Shown piece after piece: positions 1 through 11,958 of a DNA stretch of 64,000 bases. How positions within the stretch are numbered: position 1 is the stretch's first letter; each line of letters opens with the position of its first letter. The position numbers and the translations under genes were made by a program. The DNA lies in NCBI GenBank assembly GCA_001179505.1, contig CDMY01000117.1:62001-126000 (forward strand), read 5' to 3'. The stretch is from Vitrella brassicaformis CCMP3155 (lineage: Eukaryota; Protista; Chromerida). The notes under the pieces are model-generated. The model was not told where the DNA came from and did not search any database. It was given only the letters and a program-made list of their open reading frames with translations.

Positions 1-673
1 CCAGGGTGCTCCTGTTGTTGCTGCTCTTGCGGGAGTTCCGGTGGCTCGCCGACCTCTGCCCGCTCGTTGTCGACTGTCGGCGGAATGCGACCCATCATCT
101 GAAAGACTTGAAACCGCAGCTCCGCCTGTGCACACAGCAATCAGCCCGACACACACATACACACACAGAGCAGTGAATGAATTCCAACCCCACAAAGCAG
201 CTCACCTTGATCCTCGGCAGGATGCCCCGCTGCATGGCCCGTATCACGTGCTCCTTCAACACCGCCACCTTCTCCCGACCAGCAGGCCCCCCGTAGTACC
301 TCAGCGCCCTCTCGTGGCGCTCTTCGTCACCCATCACCCTGCTCTTCAGCCCGTGCTCCCGGGCGATGGTCGACGAGCGCCTGTCGCAGCCCTCGTCGCG
401 CAGAAAACGCTCGATGCGCGCCTCCTCCTCAGCTGACCCGTCCGCGCCATCGTCATCGCCCTCCTGGCCGCCGCTGTCGTCATCCTCCCTGTCCATGCCT
501 GAGGATGGCCCGGCGGCACCCTCAGGCTGCGTGAGGCTCAGAATCACGTCCATGTCCAAAGGCGGCAGACGAGTGTGACGCGGGTGGGGGAAATCTGATC
601 CACACACACACACACACACACAATCGAGATGGCTGCGTGGCCATGCGTGTGGCTCGTTGCGTACCATTGACAT
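1..673 (-). CDS. Hypothetical protein, partial (runs off window start); paralogous copy of part of the adjacent upstream gene
   Basis: Coding-like exon ...PLDMDVILSLTQPEG...AGREKVAVLKEHVIRAMQRGILPRIK, then a GT-AG intron (~118-205) and exon AELRFQVFQMMSRIPP..., matching 1357-1646. Its frame is shifted relative to the 522-1496 ORF, so the start is uncertain. Confidence 0.45.
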
Positions 674-1646
674 CTCTGGCTCCCATAGATCCCACTACAG
701 TGCTCTCCTCAATGCCCTGCCCGCCCCCAGCCGCAGCCGCTGGAGCGATCTCGCGCATGTTGCCCGCGATGGTGTCGTTAAACGACGCACTCAGCTCCAG
801 CTCCAGGCTATCGCCCACATGATCCGCGCAAGCCAGCTCGCTCAGCCGTATGTCCCTCTTCGGCAGCGAGTTCGATGGCGGCACTGGTGAGAGAACGGGC
901 CGGTTGTCGTCCGAGTGCTGCAGTGGGGAGGGCAGCTGCGAATTGGTCATGGCCGCTGGCTGGCCCAAAGGTGGAGGCACCGCAGGAGCGTCCTGTTGGG
1001 CCTGGGCTTCGCCCGTTGACCTCCCTGTCTGGCCGTCAGCAGTGGGGTTGTGCTGTCGCACCCGGGCCAACGCCTGTTGGACAAAGTTGAGGTCCAGCCG
1101 CACGTGCGGGGAAGGGGCTGACTGCACCGAAGGGGCTGCCAACTGCACCAAAGGGGCTGCCGACTGCACCGCCGGGGCGGGCGGGGGAGGGGCTGCCGAC
1201 TGCATCGACCGTGTGGGAGAACATACGAGGCCGTCGATGGACATGCTCATCTCAGGCTGCTCAGCACCAGCACCGGCACCACCAGCAGCAGCAGCTGCCG
1301 CTGCAGCGGGAGCTTGGGGTTGCTTCGATGCGGCAGCAGTGGGCTGCGGCTGAGCACCAGGGTGCTCCTGTTGTTGCTGCTCTTGCGGGAGTTCCGGTGG
1401 CTCGCCGACCTCTGCCCGCTCGTTGTCGACTGTCGGCGGAATGCGACTCATCATCTGAAAGACTTGAAACCGCAGCTCCGCCTGTGCACACAGCAATCAG
1501 CCCGACACACACATACACACACAGAGCAGTGAATGAATCCCAACCCCACAAAGCAGCTCACCTTGATCCTCGGCAGGATGCCCCGCTGCACCATCGCCCC
1601 TATCAGATTCTCCTTTAACAGGGCCACCTTCTCCCGACCAGCGACG
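1..1646. repeat. Direct repeat: 1-~290 is near-identical to 1357-~1646 (period 1356 bp), spanning exon-intron-exon
   Basis: ccagggtgctcctgttgttgctgctcttgcggg...ccttgatcctcggcaggatgccccgctgca occurs at 1 and 1357 with few substitutions, and the intron is included. Confidence 0.9.
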
Positions 1647-4306
1647 GCCGCTTGAGGGTCAGGCTCCTCCATATCCCACATTTCCCAACACAACTCGGTA
1701 ACCAGGTACTGACACACATGTCAAATGGATTCATGCATTGGTGTCAGTCAGAGAGTGAGAGTGAAGTGACTGACTTACATTCCATATTTCGTTGGCAACG
1801 GCATCTTTCAGTGCGGTGGCCTCGATGTCGCGATACTCGTACCACACGTCCTTGTCTGACACACGGAAGGAGGATACACCAACAGAGAGACAGAGACAGC
1901 GGAGCCATGGTGTGTGTGTTGTGGATTGGATGGGTGCATGGTCGATATGACTGACTTACAGTCGCTGGTCTGATCCTCTCTGAACGGCCGCATCTCCAGG
2001 GAAGGCTCCATGGTGCGGCCAATGCTGGCGCCATGTCTGCCCGCCTCATCTGCAGACACAGCCACACACGCACACCGACACACAGACAGAGAGGGAGAGA
2101 CAGAGAGAGAAGTGAGGCCCCAAATGAAATGCGGTGTGCAGTGCAGTGGCTGGCTAGTCTGCTCACCTTGTCCCATTGCGGCCGCCCATATTCTGGGTTC
2201 GTCGTCGCCCGGCTTCATGCAGGATATCAACTACACGAACATAAATCGATAAGAACACCAAACGGCACGGATGGATTTACGAGATGGACGAGTGCTTCCT
2301 TGTCTCTCTTCTTTCTTCACTGCCTTGCCTTGCCCCCGACATACACTCACTCACCTCTTCCTTGATGTGGTTCCACTGCTTGTAGAATGGGCGAGCTGGA
2401 TGGTTGGTGATCTGTGTTCGATACTGAGCGAATCAGACAAACAAAGGCAGGCACCGAGATGGATGGATGGATGGACAGACGCCGTCATTGTCGAATGTGA
2501 TGTGATTGATGTCTGCACCTACCTGGTTGATGAGTGCCTCCGTGAGCGAGAGCACCAGGTTGATGAAGGGCTTGTCCACCGCCAGGACGGGCAGCACCTG
2601 CTCGCTCTTGGTCGGACTCACATTCGCCTCAGCGGCAGCACGGACCATCGCCGAACTCTCAACCCCCTCGTCCTCCTCATCGCCATACTCGTCATAGTCG
2701 CGCAGCAGACGACGGCCCCCACGACCCCTCTTCTCGTAGGCTGGCGCGTTGAGCTGCTTCCGCGTGATGTCATCCCACTCGGGGGAGAGACGGCCGCACC
2801 ACGCTGGGGGGCATTCGGACTGGCCTGCGCGCCATTGCCTGGACTTTCGCTCGGCGATCTCCTGAAGGCGCCTTCGGGAGCTGACGCAGTGGTTGACGAG
2901 GCCCTTCCAGTTGATGCGGAGACAGGCGGGGAGCGGCGGGGCCGGCGGGGCCGATGACGACTGAGACATCACATAGCGGTGAGAGAAATCGGTCGTCAAA
3001 CGAGTGATCTGATCAGCCACAGCACAAGACGAGAGACATTCGAGAGTGAGGCTCATGTGAGTGTTGCGTGTATTGGCCGAGCATCTGACCTCACTTATTC
3101 CGAAGGTCTCCAGCAAGAACTCCAATACGCCTGTCGCCATATTGGCCGTGCATTGGATCGGCAAACGATGCCACTGACATACACACAGACGACATCATAG
3201 CCACACATGGGAAGGCTCACGTGGCCATGCGGCGAGATCGATGCCGTCAGTGGCGTGGTTGCGTACCGTTCCCTGATGGTTGAGGTGTGCCTCCCGGACG
3301 GCAGCCACGACGCAGCGATTGATCTCCTGGTCGATCAGGTCATACGCCACCAATGCCATCGTAGTATCAACCCAGACAGGATGACCCTCCTGCCACACAC
3401 ACACACACTCTCATCCATCCACTGGACACCGTGGGCGGTGTTCCTGTGTCATCTCCCACCCTCACTGACCAGGTTGGCGTCTCTGATTTGTGGGTAGAAC
3501 ATGTCCAACGCATCGCTCTGCCTGGTGAGTCGCTCGTTCCCCTGCACCTGGGCCGCTGGCCGCGGTATGGCCGGTCGCGGTGTGTCCAGCCCCGTGTGCT
3601 CGGCCCCCAAGCCGCCACTGTCCTCCCAGTTCTCACCCTCCCAGTCCTCCATCCACTCAACACGGTCTCGCAGATTCACGTCATGGTGGGGGGCGGGCAT
3701 GCCTGCAGCACACCATACACAGACACACACAGAGCAGCGTATGTAGTTGCAGCACGAGAGTGCCATGTGTTGGTTGAGGTACCTGGTGGTCTGGTGTCGA
3801 TGGAGAGGGCACGTCTCTCGGGTGTGTCCGCCTCAGCCGGCCTCGCTGCGGGGAGAGACGGCGCCTGCATACAGACATGTGACGGAAACAGACAGGGAGA
3901 AATTGATTGACGCATTTGTGACGTCAGTCAGCATTCCTCCATTAATTCTGACCTCCGAGTCGCCCGCTGTGTCTGTGTGAAGCTCCTCCTGCTCGCGTGG
4001 GTCCTCGCCACCCAACCCTTCCTCTAAGATGCCGTTCATGAGCATCTGGCGGCCGGTCTCGCTTAGTGAACCAACGAGCAGTCGGGCAAGGGCCGCCGCG
4101 TCTGCTGGTGGCTCGGGAGCCGGCGCCGGCTCAGGCGGTGGGCCTTCATCAGGACCCACCCCACCCACTCCTCCCGCGCCGATGGCGTCAGGGAGTCCGT
4201 CCTGCGGCTGCTGCGACTGGGGCTGCTCGAGTTGGGAGACGTTGGTGAAGTCACCGTGGTGGAACTCCTGCTGTTGTGCGAGGTTGACAGTGGTGAGGTC
4301 GTCCAT
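522..4306 (-). CDS. Multi-exon hypothetical protein (acidic/low-complexity, no recognised domain)
   Basis: From ~2970 down, exons join in phase via GT-AG: ...EALINQ|YRTQITNHPARPFYKQWNHIKEE|LISCMKPGDDEPRIWAAAMGQ|..|YKDVWYEYRDIEATALKDAVANEIWN|YLVTELCWEMWD...RGILPRIK|AELRFQ... Upstream exons (3100-4306) are coding-like but their junctions were not all phase-checked. An in-frame TGA lies just upstream of the 4306 ATG, so the start is uncertain. Confidence 0.55.
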
Positions 4307-4939
4307 CTCGCTGCGGAAAAAGTCGGGGGCTCGCTCGTGGGGGCCACGAGGTCACCTGAACCAAGCTTGCAGTCGATTCGTATTAACTGTGGTGGTTCGT
4401 CGCTCCTCTGTACCTGAATGAGGCGGTTGATCGGTCCTCGTGGCCTGCAATGCTCCACACACAGCCAGCCTGAAGCGAGTTTAGTTTTTTTTCTCGCCGA
4501 GACAGCCAAGAAATTTAAAGTGCTAACAAACACTGGATCTGCCGTCCGAAGGGAGCTGGGAGTCACAGACAGGCCAGCCAGCCGCCAGGCGGCGAGAAAC
4601 ACCGCCATTGGTCGCTGCAACGGCTCCTCTCCTTCTCTTTGTCTGTGTCAGGTGGCGGACCAGCCGCAGCGATGTGGTGGCGGTCTGCTGCTGCTCGGCT
4701 GCTGGCTGACAGAGGCGGCGGCGTGGGCGACAGGGCGAGCAGTCGGCAAGCACAGCACGTAGCACAGCGGCAGGCCACGTAAGATGCGCGGAGGATCGGT
4801 GTTGACGTCGTCGACGCCCTTCTCGCAATCGCCACACTCCACAAGAGGACTGCTAGCTGCTGGACGATCCCTGTCGTCTTTCTCTCTGGCCCGAAACGCT
4901 GAAATCGGCGCTGCACGGTGCTGCGGACGGTGCTTGTGA

Positions 4940-5800
4940 CGATGGGGTGGTCGTCGGCCATCGAGGAGGTGGCCATTCATGTTCTCCAGATGGTGCATAT
5001 CACAGCCGTGATCATGGGCATCCCGTGAGGTCTCAACACTCTCGCTCTCGACGGTATGCTCCAGACTGGTCAGTATACTAACAGACACTGACACTGGCTG
5101 GGTGGCTGCTCCCCTCCCCTCCATGCCATGGGTGGATTGGCTGGTGCTGTCTGTCGTTGGTGCGGTGCAGGTACATGTACTTTCCCTTTCTGTCGACGGC
5201 AGTCCAGGACGGATGCCTTGCGAGGCTGCACGCACAGCACAACACGACGGGGCTGCATTTGTTCCTCATCTGTTCGTGTGTGTATGTGTGGTGTGTCATG
5301 ACTTCAGGTTTGCTTAGTCGGCGGTCGATGAGGCGCCCCGGCGGATTGAGGTAGACCGCCACGGGCAACTAGAGGGATTTGGGCCTTTGGGCCTTCCGTG
5401 TCATTGAGGCTCGGTGTCATGACTGTAGGTGTGTTGCCGTCCAAGGGGCTCGTGGCGCCCTCACGGACGATGGGGTGGTCATCGGCCATCGGGGAGGTGG
5501 CCATTCATGTTCTGCAGATTGTGGGGGTCACCGACAGCCGTGATGATGTGACGGTGGTAGGCTGCAGGCACACGCACAGCATGACGGGGGTGCATTTGTC
5601 TATCATCTGTTTGTGTGTGTATGTGTGTGGTGCGTCCTGACTGTTGGTTTGCTTAGTCCGCGGCCGATGAGACGCCCCGGCGGAGGGAAACCGTGAGGTA
5701 GGTTGCATTGAGGCACTATGGGCAAGGAAGGGTACATTTGACGCTCCCGTGTCATGACAATTGTCATGACTGTAGGTGTGTTGCCGTCCAAGGGTGTGCC
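4940..5800. repeat. Diverged local duplications (4940-5030 ~ 5468-5550; 5220-5450 ~ 5560-5790)
   Basis: Shared blocks include gatggggtggtc(g/a)tcggccatcg..gaggtggccattcatgttct and gtcatgactgtaggtgtgttgccgtccaagg, plus homologous intron-like segments. Confidence 0.75.
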
Positions 5801-6280
5801 TGCAGTGGGGTGCGTCAGTCGCGGCGGCCGTTCTCAGCCCCCCCGAGCAGCCCCAACGTTCGTCGGCCCGGGATGCGGTGCATTCGGTGCACGCACAGCT
5901 CATTCCATCCCCCCCGCCCATCCGTCCGTCCGTCCACCCATCGGTCCATCCGTTCATTCGTCCAAGCATGAAGCCATTAGCAGCCGTCCATTCATTTCAT
6001 CGGCAGCGGCTGCCGGATTGTGGCCCTCGAGGAGCCGCGGATGATCCGTGCCAGCGGTTCGCTGGGGGTGCACGTGCAGGTGCGCAGCTCTTCGGCCGCC
6101 GGCGCGTCTTCGCATTGTGGATACATCGCCATTATGTACGTCGTGCAGATGTTGTCGGCCGTCAGGGGGGGGTGAGGTCTGCCGGCTCTTCCGACGGCCT
6201 GCTGCACCGCCGCCCCGACCTCTTCGTCAGCGGATTGAGGGCGGCTCGCGATCGAGGCAGCCAGGAACACGCGCAACGAC

Positions 6281-7396
6281 ATGAGGGGCGGCTGGCGATT
6301 GCGATTCGCCGCTTACCATCTTCTCGAGGATGGGGGAAGAAATGCTGGATCTGGCTGCCGGTCGGGGGTGGCCTTGGCAGCGCCGTGTGGGCAACGAGGG
6401 GGTTGGGAATCGTCCGAAGCGCCGCAGCGCTGCATCGGGGCGGGGCACACGCTTCGATTCGATCCCGACAAAGAGTTGGGCGGCAAGCCGATTAAAGAGG
6501 TGTCGAACGAGATTGCGTACGACAACTGGGCGGTCACGTGGGGCCGCGACTTCGAGGAGAGAGAGACGACCGTGCAGGTGGGGAATGACTACGGCTACGT
6601 GGGTGTGGGTGTCGGCCTCGAAGACCGAGAGGCATCGACCGACGTCGGGTTCGGGAAGGCCCAGTTGTCCGTGTCGACCGACGAATCGGGCATTCAAGGC
6701 GGTGTGGGCGTCTTCTACGGCCCGTACGGTGAGAGAGTCGACCGTGACTTCGACGACGCCCAGACAGCTGTGGAGGTGGCCGTGCGGCATGGCTTCGACG
6801 ACGTGCAGGACCGTTCGACCAACGACGATGAGGAGCTGGCCACCGAGGTGTTTGTGGGCTGGAAGAGCACCTCACTCGCCGTCGGTGCGGACGTCAACGA
6901 CACCGAGTACGCCGTCAGCGTCGGCACACTGGGGAGGCACTTCTCCGTGCTCAGAGAGTTTGACGAAAGAGAGACTGACTTTCAATGTGAGCAGTGACAG
7001 ACATCAACGCATTTAGACAAGACGTTAGCTTGTTGCTGCGTTTCTCCACTCAGCCAACTGGTGCTCAACGGCGATTTCCCCGACGATGACCCCGACGGAA
7101 GCCCGGGGATATTCGGCCAAGTAGGCTTCGGCCGGCTGGGCAAGGTCTACGCCCAGATCGGTGCCGGTGTGGGCGACGACGGCGTTCCCCAGGGGTCCGC
7201 CGAGGTGGAGACGAGCAGTGTGGGTGTTGGTGTGGACTTCCTCTACTCCATCACCGTGGACAACTTCACCTACGTGTGGGAGAGTGGGATTCTTCCTGAC
7301 AACATCCTCGTCCCCGACTTTGCCGCCATCCTGGGCATCGAAAACGTCGGCGAGATTGCTTCAGACGTCCTGGGAGTCACTGTGCCGTCACCCTGA
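6281..7396 (+). CDS. Acidic Gly/Val-rich beta-hairpin repeat protein (2 exons; 5' end uncertain)
   Basis: ORF 6281-6997 joins ORF 7061-7396 in frame via a phase-2 intron (gagca|gtgaca...ctccactcag|c). Codon usage looks coding from ~6460. ~20-aa amphipathic strand-turn-strand units recur. Confidence 0.65.
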
Positions 7397-8681
7397 GCAG
7401 AGCCGAGGGGAGGAGAGAGGGGGGGAGAGGGGGGGAGGGCTGGGATATATTCATCATCTGCTCTTTATTTGCAATGCGCATTGGTGTCGATGTGTCGCTG
7501 CGTCGTTTGCGTGAATTTCAATCGGTCGATTCGCTGTCTGGTCTTGGTGTTTTGAGACGCGCAAAGACATGCGATTCGATTAATGAAGGTGTGGGGTGGG
7601 AGGATGGGTGGGGGATGGGCGGGATGCATACTCGTACACGTACACTGATTGAGTTTCCTGGCCATTTCTGTGGCCGTGTATGGGAAATAAAGTCATCATG
7701 TGTGGTGTCCCCCAAACGGGCGTTTTTTCCTAAACTGATAGTGTGTGTGTTGGATGCATCAACGTGGACTGAGGCCAAGTCGAAGTCGAATGCACCCTCG
7801 ATGGCCTCAGTCTATATGGGTGTCGATATGATTGGGTTGCCGGTCTGTCTGCCCCCAGTGTCTTCCTTCCCAATGAATCATGTGCACCCCACCGCAAAGC
7901 ACCGCACCGCACCCACGGAACAACCACAAGACGCTCAACCAGAGTCAAACCCAATGGACATTCACACGACAAAGCACGTCACGTCATTCGTCACTCACTG
8001 AATGCACTTCACCATGGCAAGAAGATGGATGCACTTGACTTGCCATGTGGTCCACCGCCGAGCATCTCGATAGATATGTATGTATACACCTCCGTCAGCG
8101 TCATGGTTGATGTATGGGATGGCAGCCAATCCAATCGGTCCCCTCGTCGCGGTGCGACGCGGCGAGGAGGCACACATACTACACATATTACAGGTGTGCA
8201 CACCCATACACCCATGCATCATGATGTGTGTGTTGGTTCTTGTCAGGACGACTGTACACAGGGAGGGAGCATTGCTGAGCACACAGCTGAGCTCCCGGCC
8301 ACTCGAGAATGAATGAATGCAGGCAGGCAGGCAGGCAGAGAGGGAGACAGGTAGGGAGGGAGGCAGGAGCGTTACTAATTCATTCAAGCAAGCCACACAT
8401 GACATGCAGGTGAGTGAGACGGCGAGAAAAATGGGTGTTGCAATGGAGTCAGTCAGTGTACACCTCGGCCTTTAAATCAGACCTCCGTCTGAGGGAGGGA
8501 AGGAAAAGGACGGCCTCGGTACCGTAGGAAAGGCATAAACAATCTATGGCTTGGGGCGTCTACGAAGGGGAAAAAACAGAAAGGGCAGCGGGTAGAGGGG
8601 AAAAACGGAAGACCAGCTGCCTGCCTGCCTGTTCGCCTGTCTGTCTGTCTGTCCGTCTGCACCCATGGATGGATGGATGGA

Positions 8682-10493
8682 TTAAATGTAGACGGTCTTC
8701 TGCTGCTGCCGTGGCGGATACTGTCTGCAGAGGTCTAAGAGATCCTTCATCCAATGGTGTGTGTCGTTGGTGCCCTGACACACACACACACACACACACA
8801 CACCGAAACAGCCGTCCACCTGAGTGTGCCCATCAGGCTGGTGTCGACAGCGAGTGTAGCGTGTGTGCCATCGTACCATCAGCCATGTGATGTGCCCGAA
8901 CCCATCATACGTTCTATCATACACAACTGAAAATGACAACACGGAAGGGAGGAAGGGAAGAGACACACATACGTGGTGCACCGACGTGGGAAGCCATCAG
9001 TCTTCGTTGGTCGCCTCACTCACCAGAGCCGCTGGGCAGCGCTGCCTTCAACCTGTCGACGTCCTGCTTTGACGAAAGCTCATCGACGCCCGCCCTGCAC
9101 GCCAAGGCACCAACCACACACGACACAGACGACCCACCCGTATGGCCACAAGATGGCATGCATGGCCGGACAGCCGCTGTCATTGAATGCATTGCCTGCA
9201 ATGGTACCTGAAAAGGGCGACAGGGACTGACGCAGGCCACTTGTCAAGTAGGAATGAAGGCGCATGCCATTGGTGGTAATGCCGTCGGTTGCCAATCCAG
9301 CCGTAGTCGAAGGCGCTGAAGCGGCCATGCAGGTAGAGCTGCTCAAAGTGCTCCAGGTCTTGCACGCTGGCCGCATCAGGGAACCAGGTAAAGGACCAGT
9401 CGACATCGCTCGCATTGTCGTGGCGCACAGAGCTGTCCAGCAGCAGCCGCACAAACTGCAGACACGGACAGCTCCCGATCGCCTGGCAAAACAGACGCAA
9501 ACCCTCACGCAACAACTGCGCCTCCTGAACACAAACACGGGCCACAGACAGAGTGAGGTGAGCTGTTATCCATATGTCATGTCAGCATGGGTACCGCTCC
9601 ATCTGCAGGGAAGGCCTTCATGCCGAGCCCCCTCAGCTCCCACGCCGCCCTCACTTGGCCGAGCAGAGCGGCCAGCGGACTGCTCAGGTGCCGCACGAAC
9701 GCGATGGGGCTCAGCTGGACAAACAGCCGCACCGCGCGGTGCTCGAGCAGGTCACTCGGGCCCCACTGCCCGGCACGGCCCTCCGACGTGTGCAGCAGCC
9801 CTCCGTTGTCCAGCGGTGTGAGAGCCCCCAGCATCTGTGTGGTGCCTTGGGAGTGACCCACATAGATCAGGTCGTCCTGAGAAGTCTCGTTGAGAATGTA
9901 CTGGATGGTCGCAGGCACGTCGAACTCGGCCATGTCCTGCCATGTGAATGACCAGAACTCCTCACTCTCGACGTGTAGCCGCGTGTGGTTGCGTGAGAAG
10001 ACCGTGCCTCGGCTGTTGCTGATCCACACATCGAACCCAGACCGGTGGAGCAGCATTGCTGGGGCGGCCTGCGGTGCATTCCAGAACCAGCACCACGCAG
10101 AGGCGAACAGGCCGTGGTTGAGAAAGATGACAGGCCGACCCTTGTTTGGCAGCCGGATGAGGCGAAGGATATAGTCATCTGCAGTGGCGACGAAGTGGTC
10201 GCTCTCCACGGGGTAGTCGTGGTCCTGAAACGAGAACGAGACGACAAGAGAGAGCATGAAGGTGTGTTGGTGTTTGTTCGTGCCGTTTCACATTCACTCC
10301 ATAGAAAGAGCATAGCATGCAGGCAATGCAGACACAGGTGGCTGCGGCTCTCTGTGCTTCTGCCGACCTGGATGAACCGGCCCAGGCATGTCGAACAGTA
10401 CTTGGGCTCTCGTGCATCAAAGTGAGTCAAGGAAGTCGATTCAGCATTGAAAGCAAGCAGCAATACGACGAGTAAGCCTAGCAGTGCCGTCAT
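8682..10493 (-). CDS. Secreted acid lipase (gastric/lysosomal triacylglycerol lipase family, alpha/beta hydrolase)
   Basis: Signal peptide MTALLGLLVVLLLAFNA; abhydro-lipase region (HFVATADDYILRLIR, HGLF, DVWISNSRG); nucleophile GHSQG; FDYG...N motif; candidate Asp (GGVDELSS) and His (GFGHITWLM) exons; ends ...KTVYI*. Confidence 0.92.
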
Positions 10494-10622
10494 TTCGGCC
10501 TCAGGAACATGCAAAAGCAGCCGAGTGCCCGGATGCGAGCTTGAAATTGCTTCACTCAACCCCCTCCGTTAAACACAATAACCAACCAACCAACCTCCTC
10601 CTGCATTTGCGGGGCAAACAGC

Positions 10623-11418
10623 ATGGCTGACGAGGAGATGAATGGCCACAAGGCGGCGGAGGTGAATGGCCAACTCGAGACGAGAGATGACAACAACGAG
10701 GATATGAAGGACCCCGATGAGGACGAGCAGCAGGACGAGGACGAGTCGGCGCGTCCCATCAAGTTCCGCAACTACATCCCCCGAATGCCAGCGCTGCGCA
10801 AGGGTTGCATGAAGCGGCCTGTCGTGGACGCAATCGAGAAGCGCATCGAAGAGGAGATCCAGGAAGTCATCGAGGCGGGACAGACAGAGGTGAGAGCAGG
10901 CAGGACAGACGCACAAGATCACCTCGCCCGTGTGTGTTGCTGTGTGTCACTCGACAGGATGCGTTGAGTCGCATCTTGCCCAAGAAGGCCAACTGGGACT
11001 TGAAGCGTGACGTGGAGAAGCGCCTCGGACAGCTGAAGCGCAAGACCGACAGGGCGGTGCTGCAGATCATCCGCCGCAAGCTGCAGGACGACAAGACAGA
11101 GAGCATGAAGGAGCTGCACCAACCGGTCACCGGCAAAGGCAGCAACGACAACGACTACGTCGAGCAGCAGCCTGAGAAACTCACACGCACACAGGTGGGA
11201 AAGTGGGTGGCGAGAGAGGCTGGGAGGGAGGGAGGAAGGGAGGGAGGGAGGGAGGGAGGGTGCATCGCATCGCATCCATGTTTTTGTGTACGTCCCACGT
11301 GGGTATGCGTCTGTGTTGTCACTAACTTGTTCAGATGGAGACCGCTCATTCGGTGTTGGCTGCTGCTGAGCGGTTTGAGGCGCTCGAGACCGATGAACTT
11401 TCAGATGAGGGCGAGTGA
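10623..11418 (+). CDS. CCDC12: Pre-mRNA splicing factor Cwf18/CCDC12 family
   Basis: IKFRNYIP and ILPKKANWDLKRDVEKRLGQLKRKTDRAVLQIIRRKL motifs; 3 exons. Confidence 0.9.
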
Positions 11419-11586
11419 CCGGCTGGGCGTGTCGTTCGATTTGTGCTGGACACGCTTCTACGGCATGGAGGAGGGAGGCAGGCAGGCGGGCAGGCAAGCT
11501 GGGAGGCAGGGGGGAGGGAGAGCTGTGTGCAGCAGCTGTCAATTGTTTTCTGTCGCTGTCCGGTGGCATGAGTGACTAGTCACGTC

Positions 11587-11618
11587 ACCTACTCGATCAT
11601 GCGCATGATCGAGTAGGT
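11587..11618. other. Perfect 32-bp palindrome in a convergent intergenic region
   Basis: acctactcgatcatgc|gcatgatcgagtaggt is its own reverse complement. 12-bp palindromes also occur at 11572-11583 and 11725-11736. Confidence 0.9.
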
Positions 11619-11958
11619 CACGGTGACTGGCCACTCCGGATCCTGCATGGCCGGACAGGGCAGAAAACACGACCTAACGTACGTGCATTGGCGTCAAGTT
11701 GTGTCTTCCATACTTAGTTTATCGCACTAGCTAGTGTACAGTTGATCAGCCAGTCAGTCAAGGACAGACATGATAAAGCGTGAAGGATGCACGCTCAAAG
11801 ATTCATTCATTGTGCATCATGTCATGAAGCGAACATTCATTCATGCGCATTGCCTGTGGTCCATCGATGAGTCCTGTCATCAATCAGTGTGGCGTGTTGT
11901 GTGAGCGTCGCGGACTATCCGTCTTTGTCTCACCTCGAGCCTGCTGTCTTTCTGTGTT

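Noticed and set aside
4700-4860. Possible RING finger (VECGDCEK...PPRILRGLPLCYVLC)
   Set aside because: Cys/His spacing is incomplete (no conserved His, missing distal Cys pair) and the region looks decayed.
7450-8450. ORFs between the beta-hairpin gene and the lipase
   Set aside because: No consistent in-phase exon chain or recognisable motif, and the lipase already terminates at 8682.
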